Of a stretch of DNA of 64,000 nucleotides, positions 1 through 12,659 are shown piece after piece. Position 1 is the first letter of the stretch, and each line of letters begins with the position of its first letter. This DNA comes from Octopus sinensis (lineage: Eukaryota), in contig NC_043002.1 of the NCBI RefSeq assembly GCF_006345805.1, positions 92,008,001-92,072,000 of the forward strand, read 5' to 3'. A program made the position numbers and the translations under genes. Under the pieces are notes generated by a model that searched no databases, was not told the DNA's origin, and saw only the letters and a program-made list of their open reading frames with translations.

Positions 1-581
1 TTTGATCTGAGCTGAGTTTATGCTGTCAGAATAAGGAATTTGCCTTACCATTTAGACAGCAACATTTTACCTTTTTCGACGTGAAAGCAAAGAATATAGT
101 ACAAGACACCAGAATGAACAATTCCCACATCAACACGAAACAACTTACTAACAAATCACATAAGGTGCTTCAGAGAAGTATACAAATTTCAATGTGAACA
201 TGAGAGGTGCAAACATCATAACTCAAACTGTTATATCAGAATCACTTTCTCGTAGGTTGACCATGCATTATATAACCAAGAGTCATCGAAACGTATCATA
301 ATTCACCACTCGAAATAATATCGGATAGAAACTCTCTAGTTGACACAACAACAATTTTACATTGAGTTCCAGAATAAAAGAAAAATATCTCTGGAAACAT
401 TATCACTCCTGAGAGCATCTTACTTCTTATTGGCTATCCATAATTCTTTTGTTATGACAAATATTTATAAATTGTAGGTAAGTAAGTTAGCGGACAATAA
501 TACTTTGGATTGCTCATGATTTTGTCTTTTTAGGGAAGACATGTATCTCCAGCTATGAATTTAAATCGGATACTATACATA

Positions 582-997
582 CAGGACCGGATTAAAACCC
601 AAAGAAGCCCTAACTACTTAAAAGACTTTGTTACCTTCAAATATATGCAATTCAAAATATAAACAATAACAAAACCATTAAATAAATTATTTTTCAAAAT
701 TAAACAAAGCTAACAGTAAGATGGGAAATAATGAGCTTATTTTTGTATACCATCACTTCTTTCGGAAAATTTTCTCCCTTTTTTTAATTGCAAGTTCTTT
801 GATCAGATCCTCAAAATCAGCCTTACGGAACAGATTTGCACATATTCTTAGTAGAGATAAGGCATCCCGTTATTATTTTAGCGAGTTTAAAGTGATTTCA
901 TTTGTGCCGTAAAAATCATTTCTCATTTCTGTGGTGCACCGCTTCCTTTGATGCCCTAAACAAGTGCTTATTTTGCATAATGCTTAATACAGCGCTG
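582..997 (-). mobile_element. Internally deleted hAT DNA transposon retaining the transposase C-terminal (dimerisation domain) remnant
   Basis: Imperfect TIRs CAGGACCGGATTAAA / CTTAATACAGCGCTG; perfect 8-bp TSD TATACATA (574-581, 998-1005); minus strand ~780-870 reads RDALSLLRICANLFRKADFEDLIKELAIKKR, like hAT/ZMYM-type C-termini. Confidence 0.85.
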
Positions 998-2312
998 TAT
1001 ACATAGTATTTTTGATCATCTTATTTATATTGTTTGTTAAAACAAAGTACGTAATCGACAGATTTTTCGCAGCCACAAGTTTTGAATATGATCTAGACCT
1101 GTTGGTGCCCACTTATGATTGTAGTGGATGCCCTACGCAACCCTTTTCGCCTGAAATGTAGAGACATATTTGTAGCATTATATTTTTTCGAAACCTTTTC
1201 TTCCCGATGAATCTCGATGAATAACAGGTTCGAATTCACCATTTGAAGGTAACTCTATAAACACACTTTAATGCCTGTTGTTTAGCGGTTGTTTGCTTTT
1301 CTCGTAGAAGAGTTCGTTCAGCGAATTACTAATAATTCACAATGAGCAGAGTCGGAAACAATGAAAATTTTTGTCAGTTGTTTTAATCTGATTAATGCAT
1401 CAACTTTTTTCTGTCAGATTTAACAATCTTAGATATTTTATTTTCTTTCTGTTGAAAATTTTATATGTGTAATCTAACGTCGCTTCTGCTTTTCTAAAGT
1501 CTCTTCCAAAATTACTGCATCTAAAACGTTTTATGTGCTCATTAAATGCAGTGATTTCTAGATGTTGTCACAACTATTCGTGCATAGAAGGAGCTTGTGT
1601 GGTTTTATCGAGGCTTTTCGCGAGCCGTAAATTCATTATACAGTTACCGAGCCCTGAGAAAAGTCTATCTATAATTATTTAGCGAGTAAACATATATTAG
1701 CAACAAAGACAGTAATAATACCGCGATTTAATATTTATCCCCACTAACTGCAGTTGTTTCTCTCATGGTAACTAAAGTTTGTTTTAATAAAACATCTACG
1801 TTTAAGTGGAGGGTGGGTAGGGGGCAAATATTAGCTCTCTGTTTAGCTCGTATCCTTTTCATCCAACGATGGTATTTCTTGATTGCCGTGAATCTCAGCT
1901 GGGAGGAATGAAAACTGTTTCAGACCGGCCTTGTACAAGATGACACGTATGTCATTAACTTATTCAGCTGTTTTGCGTAGTACTGGGTCTATAAGATAAT
2001 ACGGTATGACCTTTGGTCTGCGTTTTTTTAATTTTTTACGTGTAAAACAGATATCGGGTTTCAGGCATTCCAGTTTCAGCTGGAGGATCCCTGTATGGGA
2101 ATTGCTAAATGCCTTTAATGGTTGGAGCTATTTTGTCATTAACGACGTATTACTGATCTCACTCATTTGTAACCTGTCGTCTTTCCTGTGCACCATCAAC
2201 GGCAGGATTCGATGACCTCGTTCTCTTATTCTGGGTATTGTTCGGGTGGTCCCTGTCATTCGTTTCGGTGGGTGGCGTACGTGATTAGATGTGTTTTTGC
2301 AGACAATTAATT

Positions 2313-2790
<478 letters not shown>

Positions 2791-3349
2791 AAGGGTTATT
2801 CAAAAAGAAAGTGCAGATTTTAATTTATTTTTAAAACAAACCATAAGAGACACAAACACATTCTACATATTTCTTGATAGGGGAAGGTTTACAGTTTATA
2901 TTAATGTAGCATGCACTCAACATGAACACCATGTGTTGCTCGACAAACACTGAAACATCGAAAACTTTTTCTGTGAAATTTTTATGCCATTCGTAAATTT
3001 GCTAGTGACGAGGTGGATTTTTATTGAATTGGCGACGAAATTCACGTTGCACTTGCACAATAGATTCGAATTTCTCAAACAGCAGCTGACAAAATTACTT
3101 TTCTTGTGATGTCACCATTTTCTAAGGGATTTACACAAATGAAAATTAAATAAAATTTAAATAAAATGAACAAAATGAAACATTAAAGCAAAATTAAAAT
3201 ATTATTTTATTAAAGGCTTAATTCAATTGATCATGTTCAGCTATAAACTTTATACTTTCCTCTATCAAGAAATATGCAGAATATGTTTGTGTCTCTTACC
3301 GTTTGTTTTAAAAATAAATTTGAAATCTGCTCTTTTGGAATAACACTGT

Positions 3350-3533
3350 ATAGCATATACATATACACACATAGATATATACACACATATATATATACAT
3401 ACAAATAAATACATATATATGTGTGTGTGTGTGTGTGTCTGTATGTATATATATATATATATATATACGTTTAAATATTTGTTGTGCAAGATTGGCTAAA
3501 CTGGCAATATGCCATTCCGAAATATAACAATAC

Positions 3534-3565
<32 letters not shown>

Positions 3566-3655
3566 GTATATATATGCATATATATAATATTTCAGATTTG
3601 TATATTGTTTATTATATATGCGTGTGTATGTATGTATCTTTTCTTATCTATATAG

Positions 3656-3714
<59 letters not shown>

Positions 3715-3897
3715 ACAATCCGCGCACAAATACACAGAGTATACAAATCCAAAATAAAGCCGATGACATCTCCAACAGTCAACGAACTATAGAACGATGA
3801 AGCAAAGAGAAGCAGACAGCATGGCAACTAAAAACACCATTTAACCATTTAACCACAAAGCTGAAAGGGAAGAAATACCAAAGTATATATGTATACA

Positions 3898-3967
<70 letters not shown>

Positions 3968-4583
3968 ACATATATACATATGTATGTGTGTGTGTGGAGA
4001 AATGAAGTGAGAAAACAGTACTTCTATTTTGCCGCACCATTTCCTGTTAAAGGTGATAGTATATTTCGCTGTTTTAAATAGATATGGCTGAAGAGATAGT
4101 GTCGATCGGGTTGAAGAGGGAGAGTTTTAATGGCGGATGAGAGATCTGGAATAAAGAGTCATTATAGGATGGAATATATTCTAAACTTTGACCTACAACA
4201 TACAAGGAGACAACAAAGCAATAACAACGACGAATGCTATAAAACATTAAAAAACGATGAATACAGACGCACATTGATACATACATACATACATACATAC
4301 ATACATACATACATACATACATACATACATACATTCATGCATACATACATACATACATACATACATACATTCATGCATACATGCATATATACATACATAC
4401 AAACATACATACATACATACATACATACATACATACATACATGCACACACAGACACACACACACATGTGCGCATATAAGAAAAAGAAAAACAACATAGTA
4501 TATTCATTTGATTATAGAATACGCACACGCACACATACGTATTTTTGTGCGTGTGTGTGCGTGTGTATATATGTATATATATG

Positions 4584-4624
<41 letters not shown>

Positions 4625-4670
4625 TTGTGTGTGTGTGTGCGTGTGTGTGTGTGAGCGTGTGCATGTGTAT
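3350..4670. repeat. Compound (TA)/(CA)/(TACA)/(TG) microsatellite field
   Basis: Visible directly; explains the [12 protein letters not shown] ORFs. Confidence 0.95.
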
Positions 4671-4679
4671 TATGGGCAA

Positions 4680-5946
4680 ATAATATGAATTAAGGGTCCC
4701 CTGAAATGTGAATACAAACAGAATAAAACAAGTTTCGCGTAAATAAGACGACTGGTTCTTGAGATATTTGGTGTTTTGTGGGTATAGATACACAAAACGG
4801 TGCATAATGGGAAAATACATCGAAAATAACTTAACCCCGAAAGGGAAGAAGCTCTAACCTTTCCATTAGCCACATTATGGCTAATCTGCTAACGATAAAA
4901 TATGAGTTCTTTTTACAGTAAATGTTTCTATTTTCGCTTTTGTTAGACACAATATTTTAATCATTAAGAAATAGTTTTAAGTGAATGTAATTTCAAAAAA
5001 GTAAGTTGCTTGTACAGCAAGTATTTATATTTTAGCTCTCTTTAAACAAACAATATTTTAATTTAAAAAAAAATTATTTTCATGTGAATAACATTACAAA
5101 AACAATTTTTGACATATTTAAAATATATTTTTAAGTGAAAATGACATTAAAAAACGGTAAATATGTCGTAAAAAAACCCATTCGTTACGTCGGTGTGAAA
5201 TAATTTTTTTCCATAAGCATTTTTCGAGTGCATTCAACGTATCTCACCGCCAAAGATTTCGTTGTTACTTCTAGCACACCCTGCTACCACGTAACAGCTA
5301 TTTGCTATAAAGGACCCGAAATAGCTGTTATGTAGTAGCAGGGCGTGCAAGAAATAGCAGCCAAATATTTCCTTTTCTGAGGAAAGGAACCGTTTATGCG
5401 TAATTACGATGTCATGCGAAACAATGTGGGAAAGAAAAAAATAACCTAACCACGAAACAAAACTCCGTTGGTGGGAAACTCCGTGGTTCCCACCACCACT
5501 CCTCCCCTTTCGTTTCCGTAAGAAAGTGGCTTGCGGTGGGTTTGGAGGTGAGATACGTTGAATACACTCGTAAAACCCTGTGGAAAATTTTTTTCCCACT
5601 GAAATACGGGCGAGTCCTTTATGAAATATTTATCCATGATCGGGACAGGCAGGCGAATGGAAAGATCGATGAGACTGATAAAGAAAGGGTTGAGGGTCTG
5701 GTGGAACAGAGAGAAAGAGGCAAAGGCAGGAGAAATCAGGATTCGGACGCTCGGAGAGCTGAGCGTATGGCGAAACAGAGGGAAAGAGAAAAAAGCAGGA
5801 GGCGTCATGAACTGGATGCTCATGTGAATGCAAACGGAATAAAACAAGTTTCGAGTAAATCGGACCACGTGTTACCGAGATACGCAGTTTTTCGGTTACC
5901 TTTAACTATTGGTGATCCAACGGATCACGGGCCACAGGTAGTCTAG
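4680..5946 (+). mobile_element. Probable non-autonomous Helitron derivative (5' boundary uncertain)
   Basis: 3' end CTAG|T at 5943-5947, preceded by hairpin GTGATCC-AAC-GGATCAC (5912-5928); internal ~40-bp direct repeat (4707-4744 vs 5822-5860); ORF 5536-5946 has a charged DARRAERMAKQRERE segment like Helitron N-terminal (STPR-like) repeats. Confidence 0.5.
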
Positions 5947-6022
<76 letters not shown>

Positions 6023-6098
6023 TGTGTGTGTGTGTGTAGAAGTTCTGAAAAGGAACACACGAGTTGATATATATATATATATATATAATATATATATG

Positions 6099-6383
6099 TG
6101 GAAAAATGTAAAAGTAGAAAATGCTAAAATAATTTTATAAAAAACATTTCAGTACCGGTTTCGGTCATTGAGACTTTTTCAAGTGAGAGACAGAGATAGG
6201 CATGAAAGGGGGAAATGCCATTGTATTTGAATACTATGCAAATATTCTTTTAAAAACTTTTCATTTAATTTTTCAAAAATTTCTTTTCCATACTTACAGT
6301 TGAAAAAGTCTCAATGACCGAAACCGGGTACTGTAATGTTTTTTATAAAATTATTTTAGCATTTTCTACCTTGACTTTTTTCC

Positions 6384-6384
<1 letters not shown>
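6099..6384. mobile_element. ~290-bp inverted-repeat element in (TA)n; each arm carries a hammerhead-like motif (probably Penelope-derived)
   Basis: ~85-bp arms 6099-6185 and 6297-6384 are near reverse complements; flanked by (TA)n. Confidence 0.75.
6294..6336 (+). ncRNA. Minimal type I hammerhead ribozyme, U3-A8 core variant
   Basis: Stem I TTACAG/CTGTAA; core TTGAAAA; stem II GTC-tcaat-GAC; GAAA; near-palindromic ACCGGGT stem III; GUA cleavage triplet. Confidence 0.55.
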
Positions 6385-6416
<32 letters not shown>

Positions 6417-6509
6417 TATACAAATCAAATGAGAAAAACAGAAAGGGGAATCCCTGAGGTGGATCCAGTGATATTTATATTAAAAACTGTGGATGGCATC
6501 AGGTATCCA

Positions 6510-6735
6510 ACGCGCGTACCCTTCACGTAGTTCTCGGGGAGATTCAGTATGACACAGAATGTGACAATGCCGGCTCTTTGAATTACAGATACAACTCACT
6601 TTTGCCAGCTGAGTGAAATGGAACAACGTGAAATAAAGTGTCTTGCTCAAGGACATAACGCGCCACCCGGAATTGAACACGCGACTTTTACGTCCGTGAG
6701 CCGATTACCCCTAACCATTAAACCACGCCACTTCA
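6510..6735 (-). mobile_element. tRNA-derived SINE (family B), 3' truncated
   Basis: Minus-strand A/B-box head (~6660-6735); body shares the GAATCTCCCCGAGAACTACGTGAAGGGTAC core with 24664-25046. Confidence 0.8.
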
Positions 6736-7149
6736 CTAGAGTGTATTACTGTTTTGATAAATACTAATTTATTGCCTTGTAATATTATATTTTAGGCTGC
6801 AAACTTAGAACATCCATTGTACATATGCGCGCAACAGCGTATAGCTGTGTGTGTGTGTGTGTGTGAGTGTGTGTGTGTGTGTTACAAAAACATACAAAAA
6901 TAAAAGCACACAAATCGTAGCATATATGTGAAGCTTTACCTTCATGAAGACAAACTTAGACATACATGAATACGTATAGATACGAGACACGAAAAAAGAG
7001 ACAGATGCAGGGAAATCATTCTAACTGGCTTAGTTGTTGTTTCAGCAAAGATCTGGACACTCCAATTAATTAATTGATTAATTAAAAGGGAACTGCAGCC
7101 AGCGTGCGCAATTTAAGAATCAATCGGTTGAATGTATACGCATATGTTT

Positions 7150-7155
7150 ATATCC

Positions 7156-7247
<92 letters not shown>

Positions 7248-7263
7248 CTATCTCCCTCTCTCT

Positions 7264-7301
<38 letters not shown>

Positions 7302-7410
7302 TGTACATACATACATGCGTGTGTATGTGCGTGTGTGTGTCTATATATACATGTATATTTATATATATATACATATATATATACATACATGTACGCATAC
7401 ATGCATGCGC

Positions 7411-7463
<53 letters not shown>

Positions 7464-8143
7464 CATTCAGTGCATACGTACATAGATTGATAGATGCGTA
7501 TATGCATGTATATGTTTGCAGACACACACATACACACATGTAAACCTTCGTGTCCTGGTGATAGTATATGTGTGTGTGAGAGAATGAGAAAGAGGGAAAG
7601 AAAGAAAGAAAGAGGGAAAGAAAGAAAGAAGGAAAGAAAGAAAGAAAGAAAATAAGCACAAACTAAGCATGATGATAGAGAGAATGACAGAGTGGAAGAA
7701 GAAGAAGAAAAACAGGAAAGAATGATGGAGAACCAAACTGTGGAATGACATGAGAAATAGAATGACGGTAGAAAAGAATAAACAGGATGAAATAAACGTC
7801 AATCTACTTACTACAACGAGAGGAATAGTGGGAGAGTGAGAGAGAGAGAGAGAGAGCTATAAGGAGAAAGAGGAAAGTGGTGATTGACAGTGAAGAGGAA
7901 GGAAGGACAAGCGTGATAGATAGATAGATAGATAGATAGAGGGAAGGAGAGAGAGTGAGAGGAAAGTCTGATACGTGATTGGTAAACAGAAAATATGGAA
8001 TGAATGATGAAATGACATAATTAATATAAACGATAGGATTCATAGACTGTAAAGATGGATAGGACGAATGATCGATAGATCGATCGATAAGGGCAAAAGA
8101 GTGGGAATACAAAACAAAAGCGAAATTATACATGTCTGTATGC

Positions 8144-8187
<44 letters not shown>

Positions 8188-8190
8188 ATA
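7150..8190. repeat. (TATC)n, (TA)n and AG-rich low-complexity tract
   Basis: Visible directly. Confidence 0.9.
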
Positions 8191-8205
8191 TACATGCGTA
8201 CATAT

Positions 8206-8600
8206 CTTTCTCTTTCTCTTTTTACTTGTTTCAGTCATTTTTACTGCGGCCATGCTGGAGCACCGCCTTTAATCGAGCAACTCGACCCCGGGACTTATTC
8301 TTTGTAAGCCCAGTACTTATTCTATCGGTCTCTTTTGCCGAACCGCTAAGTGACGGGGACGTAAACACACCAGCATCGGTTGTCAAGCAATGCTAGGGGG
8401 ACAAACACAGACACACAAACATACACGCACATACATATATATACATATATACTACGGGCTTCTTTCAGTTTCCGTCTACCAAATCCACTCACAAGGCTTT
8501 GGTCGGCCCGAGGCTATAGTAGAAGACACTTGCCCAAGGTGCAACGCAGTGGAACTGAACCCGGAACCATGTGGTTGGTAAACAAGCTACTTACCACACA
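8206..8600 (-). mobile_element. tRNA-derived SINE (family A) with internal microsatellite
   Basis: Reverse complement of 31934-32345; B box GGTTCAGTTCC; (AAAAGAG)-type tail. Confidence 0.9.
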
Positions 8601-8948
8601 TCTTTTACTCTTTAGTCTTTTACTTGTTTCAGTCATTTGACTGTGGCCATGCTGGAGCACCGACTTTAGTCGAGCAAATCGACCCCGGGACTTATTCTTT
8701 GTAGGCCTATTACTTATTCTATCGGTCTTTTTGCCGAACCGCTAAGTAACGGGGACGTAAACACACCAGTATCGCTTGTCAAGCGATGCTGGGGGCACAA
8801 TCGCAGACACACAAACAAACACATATATACGACGGGCTTCTTTAAGTTTCCGTCAACCAAATCTACTCACAAGGCTTTGGTCGGCCCGAGGCTATAGTAG
8901 AAGACACTTGCCCAAGGTGCCATGCAGTTGGACTGAACCCGGAACCAT
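8601..8948 (-). mobile_element. Second SINE family A copy, head-to-tail with the previous one
   Basis: Same consensus, 5' truncated. Confidence 0.9.
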
Positions 8949-9348
8949 ATATATATATATATATATGCATGTATGTGTTTATATATGTGTGTGTGTGTCT
9001 GTGTGTGTGTGTGTGTCTGTGTGTGTTCGTGTGTGTGTGTGCGCGCGCGCACATATGTGTGTATGAGTGTGTGTATTATGTATGTATGCATACTTGCATG
9101 TATATATGTACAGATATGTACACTAGTACCTAATGGCTTAAACATATTGTTACTAACGACACTCTGTATAAAGACCGGGTGAAACAAAAGTTTATTTAAC
9201 GAGATACCCCTTGAAAATTCACTGGAGGGGATGCGTCTGGACCGAGTGATGCACCAGAGCCAGTTTCACAGTATCCCATCGGCAAGAGATCGATGCAGGA
9301 TGCGTCGAAACGATCGTTGTGAACAATAATCTCGCATATACCATTTTC

Positions 9349-9946
9349 CGAGTTGGCAAGAACTTTAGCGCGCCGGGCGAAATGCTTAGTGGTATTTCGT
9401 CTGCCGTTACGTTCTGAGTTCAAATTCCACCGAGGTCAATTTTGCCTTTCATCCTTTCGGGGTCGATTAATTAAGTACCAGTTATGCACTGGGGTCGATG
9501 TGATCGACTTAATACCTATGTCTGTCCTTGTTTGTCCCTCTATGTTTAGCCCCTTGTGGGTAATAAAGAAATAGGTATTTCGTCTGCCGTTACGTTCGTT
9601 CTGAGTTCAAATTTCGCCGAGGTCGATTTTGCCTTTCATCCTTTCGGGATCGATAAATAAAGTACCAGTTACGCACTGGGGTCGATGTAATCGACTTACT
9701 ACCTATGTCTGTCCTTGTTTGTCCCTCTATGTTTAGCCCCTTGTGGGTAATAAAGAAATAGGTATTTCGTCTGCCGTTACGTTCGTTCTGAGTTCAAATT
9801 TCGCAGAGGTAGATTTTGCCTTTCATCCTTTCGGGATCGATAAATAAAGTACCAGTTACGCACTGGGGTCGATGTAATCGACTTACTACCTATGTCTGTC
9901 CTTCTTTGTTCCCTCTATGTTTAGCCCCTTGAGGGCAATAAAGGAA
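9349..9946 (+). mobile_element. SINE family C (Meta-domain-like core GCCTTTCATCCTTTCGGGGTCGATAAA) trimer
   Basis: Head plus repeats restarting at GGTATTTCG (9574, 9761); period 187 bp; B box GAGTTCAAATT in each unit. Confidence 0.9.
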
Positions 9947-10205
9947 TATATATATATGGTCAGCAAACATAATCCAAATTGGCAATATATATATCAAAAC
10001 TCAGGGTACATACCTGTTTGCTAGAAATAAGAGTTAAAACCCTCCAAAACCAGGCATCTCTGACTATATGTAAACACGCACGGAGAATATAGCAAATATA
10101 TTTAGAAATAGTCTTCCCATATATAAAAATACAGATAGGAGTGTAGACATGTGTGTGTGTGTATGCATTACATACATATATGCATTCTGTATTTTTTTAT
10201 TCGAT

Positions 10206-10578
10206 TACTTGTTTCAGTCATTTGACTGCGGCCATGCTGGAGCACCGCCTTTAGTCGAACAAATCAAATCCAGGACTTATTCATTGTAAGCCTAGTTCTT
10301 ATTCTTTGGATCCTTTTGCCGAACCGCTAAGTTACGGTGACGTAAACACACCAACAATGGTTGTCAGGCGATGATAGGGGGACAAACACAGACACAGGAA
10401 TACTGACATATATATATATATATATATACGAGGGGCTTCTTTCAGTTTTCGTCTACTAAATCTACTCACAAGGTTTTGGTCGGCCCGAGGCTATAGTAGA
10501 AGACACTTACCCAAGGTGCCACTCATTGTGACCCATGAGGTTGGGAAGCAAGCTTCTTACCACAAAGCCACTCCTGCG

Positions 10579-10580
<2 letters not shown>
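10206..10580 (-). mobile_element. SINE family A, near full length
   Basis: Similarity to 31934-32345; head GGCGCAGGAGTGGC on minus strand. Confidence 0.9.
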
Positions 10581-10622
<42 letters not shown>

Positions 10623-10696
10623 GCATGTATGTATGTATGTATGTATGTATGTATGTATGTATGTATGTATGTATGCATGTATGTATATAGACAGAC

Positions 10697-10735
<39 letters not shown>

Positions 10736-10808
10736 ATTATATATAGGCGCAGGTGCGGCTTTGTGGTATGTATGCGTGTATAGATGTATGTATGCTCTGT
10801 GTGTGTGT

Positions 10809-10868
<60 letters not shown>

Positions 10869-11042
10869 CGTGCGTGTGTGTGTTTACATTCTTCTTTTTA
10901 AGTTGCTCTTTGCCTGAAAAAGTGACCTCTCTTATGTCCAGTCACAAAGCCATTGGACAAAGATATCTATAAAAATTGTAGCAGCCAACTTGAGAATTAG
11001 CTAGTAAAGGCGAGATAAATAATAGATTACAAACGGTTTGAG

Positions 11043-11132
11043 TCCGCGGACACAGTCCAGTGCGGACACAGTCCAGCGTGGACACAGTTAAGCGCGGTCA
11101 CAGTCCGGTGCGGACACAGTCCGGCGTGGACC
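11043..11132. repeat. GC-rich 15-bp minisatellite (GCGGACACAGTCCRG-like, about 6 copies)
   Basis: Visible tandem units. Confidence 0.85.
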
Positions 11133-11535
11133 TAGACTATCGTTAAACATATTAAGTATGAAAAGGATAATCGAACGTTTATTAGAAATAAAGAAAAGAA
11201 CAAAACCTGAAAGAAACACAAAGAAACTATAAAAGTACAAAGATGAAAGCCAAACGTGATTACTCAAGTCTTAAATTACCGAATGGCTGGCGTTATCAAC
11301 ATACGTAACGCTTGGTTATTTTAGTGGCCAATCAACACTTTAACGGTTTTGAGACTTATACAGTTCATCTCTGCTAGATATATCGCCCAATTTGGCTTGG
11401 CTTAGTGCACTGATAAATATTATTGATCAGGTGTTCAATGCCACTTCATTCATTTGTGCACCAGCCTTTAAGAGATGTTGACTGTTAAAGCTGATCGTAC
11501 GTACCTCTCTACTCGTGTGTGGTGTGTGTGTGTGT

Positions 11536-11566
<31 letters not shown>

Positions 11567-11712
11567 AATGTGTTGAGGGAAGGGATGAGATAGATAACAT
11601 GCGTAATCAGTCGTTCTGCTTTATATTTTATGAATATAAAATGAAAAACAATTATTATTGTATATATGAATGTATAATGTATACGTGCAACAGTCTATGT
11701 GTTTTACAGAGG

Positions 11713-11751
<39 letters not shown>

Positions 11752-12659
11752 ATAGACAGAGAGAGAGAGAGTGTGAATGACGGAAAGAGAGTGAGACAAA
11801 GACAGCGGGAAAGGAAGAATAGAAGCGCGTGCGTGTGGTTTGTACGTACGCCTGTATATCGCGTGTGTATATCTCTGTGTGTCTGCGTGCGCGTGTTCTT
11901 TGGAATTAGAAGAAAGAGAGTCGTATTATCAGAGCTTGTAAGTGATAGGCAATAATCACACCCACACATATATACCCGCACACAAACGCTAAGACACACA
12001 CAAACACTAACAGACACAGACACTTCTCCGCAATGCACTTATATTTTTTCCTATAGGCTGAAAAATTGTTGGCCACGCATCACTTGAGGTGGTCTCCCTC
12101 TAGTAGCTACGGTTTACGTTTGAGCTTGAAATGTCAAGTTGTCGGTGCTATTACATTAACTATGGCGGCTTTTGTTTCTATTTGTTGCGAAGGCGTACAG
12201 CATTTAGTGATCTGTTTCGTGTGGGCTGCATATTTTTTTTTGTCTGCATAGATTCTCTAAGAATTGATTAAAAAATTCAATAAGTGTCACGCATCAAAAA
12301 TAGAGCTGGATGTTCGACCACGTCATGTGCCGATGACAAACAAGGTTCTATGTACAGATGGATGGCTATTGATGAGAAAGCAAATAATATGCAAAATTTT
12401 CGTGGTTTTCTACCAATGAAATCACCCACAATTGACTTGGTTTTAGTTTTGTTTAAGCGAGGTGTTTCTGAAATGACTCGCAGAATCGCACAAACAAGTT
12501 GGCTTTGAAATCTGCAAACTATTTATTTTCATTATCACTATGATAACGAAAGTAAAAATTTCTTGAGGAAGCCCATCAACAGTGATAGTTCCCTAAATAT
12601 ATTGCTAAAAAGATATTACTTGTATATATATATATACAAGTAATATCTTTATATATATA

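Noticed and set aside
9349-9946. Regular repeats resembling a CRISPR array or satellite
   Set aside because: No unique spacers; units are SINE bodies; eukaryotic context
12045-12510. Possible acceptor site and short ORFs
   Set aside because: No recognisable protein motif; cannot be supported without expression data
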